Source: Gemmatimonas sp. (GTDB lineage Bacteria > Gemmatimonadota > Gemmatimonadetes > Gemmatimonadales > Gemmatimonadaceae). Taken from it: DNA of 64,000 nucleotides. The stretch covers positions 2,944,001 through 3,008,000 of the forward strand of contig OZ257156.1 in assembly GCA_965279375.1 (NCBI GenBank), written 5' to 3'. Shown here in pieces: positions 1 through 7,238 of the stretch (positions are counted from its first letter, which is position 1; each line of letters opens with the position of its first letter). The notes beneath the pieces are model-generated. The model was not told where the DNA came from. It made no database searches and was given only the letters and a program-made list of their open reading frames with translations. A program made the position numbers and the translations under genes.

Positions 1-99
1 CTTGTACGACGGCGCTACATTGACGGAAGAGTATCCCACCAAGCGGCCGGGACCTGATGTCCCCAATCGGCCGATCGCGCCGAATGCGAAAGCGGGCCG

Positions 100-3000
100 A
101 TGATGCGTCACGCCATACCTAACCACTCCATGCACCCTTCCCGCGAATCGTCGCGATCGGTCACGCCACAGCGCCTCGCGCTGCGTTCGCTCGCGTCCAT
201 GTTCGTCCTCGCGACGGCGGCGGTGCCTGCAGCCGCACAGTCGCCATCGGGTACGCGCCTGTTGCGCACGCCAAGCGTGAGCGCGTCGCACATCGCCTTC
301 GCGTACGCCAACAACATCTGGGTGGCCGAACGTTCGGGCGGTGCAGCGCGACGTCTGACGAGCTTCCAGGGGCAGACGCAGTTCCCCAAGCTGTCGCCCG
401 ACGGCCAGACGATCGCGTTCAGCGCGGAATACGGCGGCAATACCGACGTCTACACCGTACCAGTCGAGGGCGGTCAGCCGAAGCGGGTTACGTGGCATCC
501 TTCCGCAGACTTGGTGCAGGGATGGACGCCCGACGGCAAGTCGATCGTCTTCGCGAGCACACGTGCGACGTGGGCGCCGAGTGCGGCGCCACGCTTCTGG
601 ATGATTCCGGCAGTCGGCGGCGTGGAGGAGGCGATGCCGATGCCGCGCGCATATCAGGGCAAGCTGTCGCCGGACGGCAAGCGCATCGCGTATCGGATGC
701 CCAGCTCGTGGGATGAAGAGCGCCGCAACTATCGCGGCGGGCAGAACCGTCCGATCTGGATTCTGGATCTGCAGACATTCGCGCTGGATACGACGCCCTT
801 TGCCGGATCGAAGGAGATGGACCCGGCGTGGGTGGGCGACCTCGTGTACTTCCTTTCCGATCGCGATGGGGTGTCGAATGTGTGGAGCTACGACACCAAG
901 TCGAAGAAGCTCACGCAGGCGACATCGTTCAGCGATTTCGATGTGAAGTCGCTCGACGCGGGTGCGGGCGTGGTGGTGTTCGAGCAGGCGGGATACATCC
1001 ACGAGCTCGATCCCAAGACGAACAAGTCGAAGATCGTCAGCATCACGACGGCCGGCGACTTCCCGTGGATGATGGCGCAGTGGAAGGACGTCTCGTCACG
1101 CATCAGCAACCTCTCGCTGTCGAGCACGGGCAAGCGTGCGGCGGTGGAAGCGCGCGGCGAGATCTTCACGATCCCGGCGGAGAAGGGTGACGTTCGCAAT
1201 CTCACGAACGCGGGTGGCAGTGCGGAGATTCTTCCCACGTGGTCGCCTGATGGCAGCCGCGTGGCGTACTTCAGCGACAAGAGCGGTGAGTACAAGCTGG
1301 TGATTGCGAATCAGGACGGTCTGGGCACGCCCCGTGAGATCGTGCTGCCGGAACCCAGTCGTCCGTATGCGCCCGCATGGTCGCCGAACGGCCGGAAGAT
1401 CACCTTTCAGGATTCCCACTTCCGCATCTGGCTGGTGGATGTGGCGACGGGTACGGCGAAGGTGGCGGACAACGATCCGTACTTCGCAGCGGATCGTTCG
1501 ATAGTGGCGACGTGGAGCCCGGACTCGCGTTGGCTGGCGTATCCCAAGCGGCTCAAGTCGCTCTATCGCGCGATCTTCGTCTACGATGTCGAGACCGGTA
1601 CGAAGAAGCAGATCACCGACGCGATGGCCGATGCCACCGAGCCCACGTGGGACGCGAGCGGCAAGTATCTGTGGTTTTTCGCGAGCACCAACTTCGGCCT
1701 GCACTCGTCGCTGCTGGACATGTCGGCTTACGACAAGCCGGAGACCAAGGCGCTGTACCTGACGGTGCTGAGCAACACCGAGGCGAGTCCGTTGCTTCCG
1801 GAGAGCGATGACGAACGCGCACGGAGCGACAGTGCGCGCACGACGCCGCCGGCGGCGGGCGGAGCTGTGGCGAGCGATTCATCGCGGACCGCGGCGCCGG
1901 CACTCGCGGCGGGACGTACGGTGCGCATTGATTTCGATGGTATTCAGCAGCGCGTGATGGCGGTGCCGGGTATCGCCGAGCGTGACTACTCGCTGTTGCG
2001 CGCAGGGCCGTCGGGCTCGGTGTTCTTCTGGGAGCCGATTCCGGCCACGGGCACGAACGCAGGCGGTCCCGGTGGCGCGGGCGGCACCATTCATCGCTTT
2101 CAGCTGAGTGCACGTCGCGCGCAGCCGTTCGTGATGGGCGCCGCGCAGTACGTCGTGAGCGGCGACGGGAAGAAGCTGCTCTATCGCACCGGCGGCGCGC
2201 AGGGCGGGCTCTATCTGGTGGATGCGGACAAGGCGGCGCCTGCGGCCGGCACCGGACGGTTAAACGCCACGCTTCGCGCGTACATCGATCCGCGCGACGA
2301 GTTCCGGCAGATCTTCAACGAAGGGTGGCGCAACGAGCGCAACAATCTCTACGTGCAGAACATGCACGGCAGCGATTGGCCCGCGATGAAGCAGATGTAT
2401 GAGCCGTTGCTGGCGCACGTGATGCATCGCGCGGACCTCAACTACCTGATGGACATGATGGGCGCGGAGATCGCGATCGGGCATTCGTACGTGCGCGGCG
2501 GCGATATCCCCGAGGTGCCGAACGCCAACGGCGGCCTGCTCGGTGCGGATTTCACGATCGATCAGGGGCGCTATCGTATCGCCAAGATCTATGATACCGA
2601 GACGTGGAACCCCGAACTGCGTGCGCCGCTCTCGATGCCCGGCGTTGCGGTGCGCGCGGGCGACTACGTGCTCGCGATCAACGGTGTGGAGTTGCGCGCG
2701 CCGGAGAACATGTATCGTCTGCTGGATGGAACGGCGAACCGCCAAACGGTTCTGACGATCAACTCGCGTCCTGTGATGGACGGTGCGCGTCAGATCACGG
2801 TGGTTCCCGTCGCGAACGAGCAGGGGCTGCGTACGCGGGCGTGGGTGGAGCGCAATCGTCGCATCGTGGACTCGTTGTCCGGCGGCAAGTTGGCGTATGT
2901 CTATCTGCCGAACACGGGACAGCCGGGCTACACGAGCTTCAACCGCTACTACTTCGCGCAGCAGGATCGCATTGGCGTGGTCGTCGACGAGCGCTACAAC

Positions 3001-3510
3001 GGCGGCGGCTCCGCGGCGGACTACATCGTCGATTTGTTGGGTCGTGACTTCGACGGCTACTTCAACAACCCCGTTGGTGAGCGCTACCCGTACACCAGCC
3101 CCGCGAACGGCATCTGGGGCCCGAAGGTGATGATCATCAACGAGATGGCGGGCAGCGGTGGCGACCTCATGCCGTTCATGTTCAAGCGGCGGAAGTTGGG
3201 GACGCTGGTGGGCAAGCGGACGTGGGGCGGACTCGTCGCCACGACTGACACGCCGCCGTTCGTTGACGGGGGTTCGATGATTGCGCCGCGCTTTGGCTTC
3301 TTCGATCGCAACGACAAGTTTGCGGTGGAGAACGAAGGCGTCGCACCGGACATCGACGTCGAGAACTGGCCCAAGGATGTGATCGCTGGACACGATCCGC
3401 AGCTCGAGCGTGCGGTGCAGGAAGGGCTGCGGCTGATCAACGCGAAGGCGAGCGATCGTGCAGCCAAGGAGCCGGTGGCGCCGGTGTGGGGGAAGCGGAT
3501 CAAGAAGTGA
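100..3510 (+). CDS. Tricorn-like protease (peptidase S41; beta-propellers, PDZ, catalytic domain), probably exported
   Basis: Signal-peptide-like segment (FVLATAAVPAAAQ), TRLLRTPSVS start of mature protein, repeated W/LSPDG propeller motifs, YVYLPNT, DERYNGGG, catalytic AGSGGD, GKRTWGG, ENEGVAPDIDV. True start may be a later ATG. Confidence 0.93.
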   Translation: MMRHAIPNHSMHPSRESSRSVTPQRLALRSLASMFVLATAAVPAAAQSPSGTRLLRTPSVSASHIAFAYANNIWVAERSGGAARRLTSFQGQTQFPKLSPDGQTIAFSAEYGGNTDVYTVPVEGGQPKRVTWHPSADLVQGWTPDGKSIVFASTRATWAPSAAPRFWMIPAVGGVEEAMPMPRAYQGKLSPDGKRIAYRMPSSWDEERRNYRGGQNRPIWILDLQTFALDTTPFAGSKEMDPAWVGDLVYFLSDRDGVSNVWSYDTKSKKLTQATSFSDFDVKSLDAGAGVVVFEQAGYIHELDPKTNKSKIVSITTAGDFPWMMAQWKDVSSRISNLSLSSTGKRAAVEARGEIFTIPAEKGDVRNLTNAGGSAEILPTWSPDGSRVAYFSDKSGEYKLVIANQDGLGTPREIVLPEPSRPYAPAWSPNGRKITFQDSHFRIWLVDVATGTAKVADNDPYFAADRSIVATWSPDSRWLAYPKRLKSLYRAIFVYDVETGTKKQITDAMADATEPTWDASGKYLWFFASTNFGLHSSLLDMSAYDKPETKALYLTVLSNTEASPLLPESDDERARSDSARTTPPAAGGAVASDSSRTAAPALAAGRTVRIDFDGIQQRVMAVPGIAERDYSLLRAGPSGSVFFWEPIPATGTNAGGPGGAGGTIHRFQLSARRAQPFVMGAAQYVVSGDGKKLLYRTGGAQGGLYLVDADKAAPAAGTGRLNATLRAYIDPRDEFRQIFNEGWRNERNNLYVQNMHGSDWPAMKQMYEPLLAHVMHRADLNYLMDMMGAEIAIGHSYVRGGDIPEVPNANGGLLGADFTIDQGRYRIAKIYDTETWNPELRAPLSMPGVAVRAGDYVLAINGVELRAPENMYRLLDGTANRQTVLTINSRPVMDGARQITVVPVANEQGLRTRAWVERNRRIVDSLSGGKLAYVYLPNTGQPGYTSFNRYYFAQQDRIGVVVDERYNGGGSAADYIVDLLGRDFDGYFNNPVGERYPYTSPANGIWGPKVMIINEMAGSGGDLMPFMFKRRKLGTLVGKRTWGGLVATTDTPPFVDGGSMIAPRFGFFDRNDKFAVENEGVAPDIDVENWPKDVIAGHDPQLERAVQEGLRLINAKASDRAAKEPVAPVWGKRIKK

Positions 3511-3633
3511 TGCAGCCCGCGGCGTGGCTCGTGACGCGGATGTGGTTGGCACTCTGACGCGTGGGCGGTAGCTTCGGCAGTTCTCCCGCCACACTGGTTT
3601 CGCTGGACTCGTCCTTCGATCCGACGTCTTCCC

Positions 3634-5847
3634 ATGCCGGCTGCTCCGCACGATCTAGACGCGTTCCGCACGCAATACCGCGCATTCATTAGCGACCTGA
3701 TGCGTGCGGTCGGGGGCGACGGCTCGTCGCCCCCGCAGTGGCTGCGCCTTCTCGAGGCGCAGCCATTTGAGTTTCCCAATGGGATTCCCGTCAATGCGGA
3801 CACCATCGCACTGCGAGGCCGTCTGCTTGCGCTGGTAGTGATGGCGGCTGATGACGATGCGTACGCGCGCGCTGCGTCGGCGGAGGTACGCCGCATGCTC
3901 TCCGTCGATGCAGATGAGGATGCGCAGTCGGAGGAAATCACCCGGGGCCCCACGCGCGGCTCTACGCGTGGGCCGACACGAGGCCCGAAGCGGAGTCGAC
4001 CGACGGCGATGGCAGAGCCACCGGACCGGCTCGACTTCGGCGCAGACGATGGCGGCGGCGGCGTGTCGAGCAAGCCTCCCACGGGTGCGTCTGCTGGCTC
4101 GGCGCCCGACGATGGACTGCTCAGCGCGGACCCGCTGGTGACGCGCAGCGTGGACTCCGACGAGGCGGCGCCTGCTGCAGCGGCGGCGCCAGCGACGCCG
4201 GCAGCACCACCCGTCGCTGCGCCGCCGCGCTACATGAATGCGGGGATCAAGGGGCAGGACCGCGACGATCCGCTGGTGGTGGGCGAGATGTACGTGCTGC
4301 AGTTCGGCGTCGATATGAAAAAGGGTGGCGAGACGGGCACCGACTTCGCCGCACGCATCCCTGACGTGAGTGTGCTGCTTCGCCCGGAGGAGGACTCGGG
4401 GGAACTCACCATTCAACTCGATGGCGACGCGTTCGACATTCCGACGCGAACGCAGGTGCTGCAAGTGCCGCGCACCGGGCCATCAGCTCGCAAGGTGAGC
4501 TTCGCGATCACGCCGACGCGTGAAGGGCGCGCGACACTGACGGCAACCGTGCACAAGGCGGGCAACTTTCTGTTCGAAATGGAGCTGTCGTACTCCGTTG
4601 GCGTGGTCGACGCGCGGCCGGCGACGACGGAGGTGCATGGACGCGCCCTCAGTGCGGCGAGCGCGATCATGCCGCGCGAGTTGGGACTTCGTATCAAGCC
4701 GGTGGAGAGCGGCTACGAATGCACCGTGTGGGGGGAGGTCAACAATCAGGTCACGTTGCCCATCACGACGGTCGAGCTCAAGGAGATGGTCGCGCGCGCG
4801 CGTGACGCGATGATGGATGTGGTGCTGCATGCGAACAGCGCGAACATCAAGATCTTCCAGCAGTCGGTGGACATCGACGATGCTTCGCGTGAGTACGCAT
4901 TGAAGACGCTCGCCTTCGCCGGTGCGGAGCTGTTTCAGCGCTTGTTCTACGGGCCTTCGGCTGGACCAGAGGTGAATCTCGTGGGCGACTGGCTGCGCGC
5001 ACGCGCCTCAAAGCCCGGACGCGTGCTCAAACTGCAGATCGTCGCGGAGCGATTCCCGATTCCGTGGGGACTGCTCTACATGGGCGAGACGGCGGACGGT
5101 GCCGCGCTCGACTGGCAGCACTTTCTTGGGATGCGGCACATCATCGAGCAGATCCCGCGTCAGGCGAACATGCTCGTCGATGACTTCGTGATTCCGAGCG
5201 ACGCCCCGTCGCTGGCGGTGAGCGTCACCGTGAATACCGGCATCGACGTGCAGATGAAGCGCGAGCTGGTCGCCCCTCAGGTGAAGTACTGGACGGATCG
5301 CGGTGCGTCACCCAAGAACGACGTGCAGCTGCAACAGCGGACCACCAAAGCCGACTTGATCAAGGCGTTGCGTTCGCAAAGCGCCGAGCAAGTGATGTAC
5401 CTGTACTGTCATGCCATCACGAGTGGCGTGAACGATCCGGGGGGCATCATGGCATCGTGTCTGGTGCTCTCCGGCGACGAACGCGTGACGCTGGGTGAAC
5501 TCAACCGCGAAGCGCCGATGCGCCAGGCGCTCCCGGGAAATCCGCTGGTGTTTCTCAATGCCTGCGAGTCTGCAGAGCTTACGCCGGAATTCTACGACGG
5601 CTTTGTGCCGTACTTCATGGCGAAGGGCGCGCGCGGCGTCGTCGGTACGGAGTGCAAGACACCGGCGCTGTTCGCCACGGCGTGGGCACAGGAGTTCTTC
5701 CCGCGCTTTCTCGCCGGTCAGCCGCTTGGCGAACTGTTTCGCGATTTGCGCAGTGAGTTTTGTCTCAAGCACGGCAATCCGCTCGGTCTTCTCTATGCCG
5801 TGTACTGTGATGGCGACACGCAGATTCAACCTGGCCTTCCTTCCTGA
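3634..5847 (+). CDS. CHAT (caspase-like) domain protein with helical N-terminus, low-complexity linker and beta-rich middle domain
   Basis: CHAT motifs FPIPWGLLY, YLYCHA (His), PLVFLNACES (Cys), GARGVVGTE, NPLGLLYAVYCD. Ala/Pro/Gly/Asp-rich linker at about aa 90-200. Confidence 0.85.
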   Translation: MPAAPHDLDAFRTQYRAFISDLMRAVGGDGSSPPQWLRLLEAQPFEFPNGIPVNADTIALRGRLLALVVMAADDDAYARAASAEVRRMLSVDADEDAQSEEITRGPTRGSTRGPTRGPKRSRPTAMAEPPDRLDFGADDGGGGVSSKPPTGASAGSAPDDGLLSADPLVTRSVDSDEAAPAAAAAPATPAAPPVAAPPRYMNAGIKGQDRDDPLVVGEMYVLQFGVDMKKGGETGTDFAARIPDVSVLLRPEEDSGELTIQLDGDAFDIPTRTQVLQVPRTGPSARKVSFAITPTREGRATLTATVHKAGNFLFEMELSYSVGVVDARPATTEVHGRALSAASAIMPRELGLRIKPVESGYECTVWGEVNNQVTLPITTVELKEMVARARDAMMDVVLHANSANIKIFQQSVDIDDASREYALKTLAFAGAELFQRLFYGPSAGPEVNLVGDWLRARASKPGRVLKLQIVAERFPIPWGLLYMGETADGAALDWQHFLGMRHIIEQIPRQANMLVDDFVIPSDAPSLAVSVTVNTGIDVQMKRELVAPQVKYWTDRGASPKNDVQLQQRTTKADLIKALRSQSAEQVMYLYCHAITSGVNDPGGIMASCLVLSGDERVTLGELNREAPMRQALPGNPLVFLNACESAELTPEFYDGFVPYFMAKGARGVVGTECKTPALFATAWAQEFFPRFLAGQPLGELFRDLRSEFCLKHGNPLGLLYAVYCDGDTQIQPGLPS
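3940..3987 (+). repeat. In-frame tandem repeat encoding TRGP-TRGS-TRGP-TRGP
   Basis: acc cgg ggc ccc / acg cgc ggc tct / acg cgt ggg ccg / aca cga ggc ccg: four 12-bp units, near-identical in protein and divergent in DNA. Confidence 0.9.
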
Positions 5848-5857
5848 GGAATTCTGA

Positions 5858-7237
5858 ATGCCTGTACGCACTATTCCGGGCACGAATGTGCAGTACCATC
5901 TGATTAATTTCGACGCCGACGGCGTCGAGCGGGCGGAGAGCGATGGCACCATGCTGAGCGCCGAAGTTCGGGCACGCATTGCGTCGTCCACCGATCCAAT
6001 CAGCGACGTGTTCTTCTGCAGCCATGGGTGGCAGGGTGACATACCCGCCGCCATCGCGCAGTACGACAAATGGGTGGCCGCGATGGCTGCCTCGCCAGAC
6101 TTCGCGGTCGCGAAGGCCAAGCGCCCCGGCTTTTCACCGATCGTTGTCGGGGTGCACTGGCCCAGCCTGCCGTATGGCGATGAGAACCTGCCCGAAGCCG
6201 GCGTGCTCGGCGTGGATGATGGCACGCAGATCGAGGCACAGATCGATGCGTTCGCCGCGACGATTTCCAACACGAAAGCGGCACGTGATGCAATTCGCGT
6301 GATTCTGACTGCCGCGCAGCAGGATGACGGCGAGCGCGAGACGTTGCCCGAGCACGTGCGCAATGCGTACGAGCTGCTCGCGTTGGAGGCTGCACTGCCG
6401 GACGGTGGCAGCAATCCGGGTGGACCACCGGGAGAGGAGTTGGGCGCGTGGGATGCGGACGCGCTCTACGCTGATGCCCGAGAGATTGCGAAGACAGATG
6501 GCGCTTCGGATGGCGAAGGAGCGCCGGGTTTGCTGAGCGGAGGATTCTTCGGCAAGCTCAAGGGGCTGGTCGTCGCGCCGCTGCAGCAGATGTCGTTCTG
6601 GAAGATGAAGGATCGTGCGCGATCCATCGGTGAAGGCGGCGTGCACTCATTGCTCATCTCGCTGCAGGAAGCCTCCGAGCCCAGCACGCAGTTCCATCTC
6701 ATGGGGCACAGCTTTGGCTGCATCGTGATGTCGGCGACCGTCGCAGGCGCTGCGAACGGCGCGCCGCTCAAGCGGCCGGTCGATTCGCTTTTTCTGGTAC
6801 AGGGCGCGGTATCGCTGTGGTCGTACTCGCCCAACATTCCCGTCGAGCCCGGAAAGGTGGGCTACTTCAATCGCATTCTTGCGCAGAAGCTGGTGCGCGG
6901 GCCCATCGTGACGACGCAGTCGTCGCACGACACAGCCGTGGGCAAGCTCTATCCCGCAGCGGTACGCGTGAAGTCGCAGTTCCTGCTCGGCGACGAATAC
7001 CCGAAGTACGGCGGCATCGGGACGTTCGGCATTCAAGGTGTCGGCGACATCGGACAGAACCTCGAGATGTCTGACGCCACGCACCAGTATGCGTTCAAGC
7101 CGGGGCGTGTCTACAATCTCGAGTCGAGTGGGATCATCAAGGTGAGCAGCGGCCTGGCTTCCGGTGCGCACAGCGACATCGCCCATCCGGAAGTGGCGCA
7201 CGCCTTCTGGCAGGCTGTTCTCCACTCGGCCGCGTGA
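5858..7237 (+). CDS. Alpha/beta-hydrolase fold protein (putative lipase/esterase), cytoplasmic
   Basis: Oxyanion-type FCSHGW, GVHWPS, nucleophile elbow HLMGHSFG, candidate Asp in SSHDTAV, candidate His in GAHSDI. SD-like GAGGA overlaps the upstream stop. No signal peptide. Confidence 0.85.
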   Translation: MPVRTIPGTNVQYHLINFDADGVERAESDGTMLSAEVRARIASSTDPISDVFFCSHGWQGDIPAAIAQYDKWVAAMAASPDFAVAKAKRPGFSPIVVGVHWPSLPYGDENLPEAGVLGVDDGTQIEAQIDAFAATISNTKAARDAIRVILTAAQQDDGERETLPEHVRNAYELLALEAALPDGGSNPGGPPGEELGAWDADALYADAREIAKTDGASDGEGAPGLLSGGFFGKLKGLVVAPLQQMSFWKMKDRARSIGEGGVHSLLISLQEASEPSTQFHLMGHSFGCIVMSATVAGAANGAPLKRPVDSLFLVQGAVSLWSYSPNIPVEPGKVGYFNRILAQKLVRGPIVTTQSSHDTAVGKLYPAAVRVKSQFLLGDEYPKYGGIGTFGIQGVGDIGQNLEMSDATHQYAFKPGRVYNLESSGIIKVSSGLASGAHSDIAHPEVAHAFWQAVLHSAA

Positions 7238-7238
7238 C

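Noticed and set aside
40..110. CTGATG...GAAA resembling a hammerhead ribozyme core
   Set aside because: The core reads CTGATGT rather than CTGATGA, and the required stems do not pair.
100..3510. Tricorn protease as part of the CHAT system
   Set aside because: It is exported while the triad looks cytoplasmic, a 123-bp gap separates them, and nothing beyond adjacency links them.
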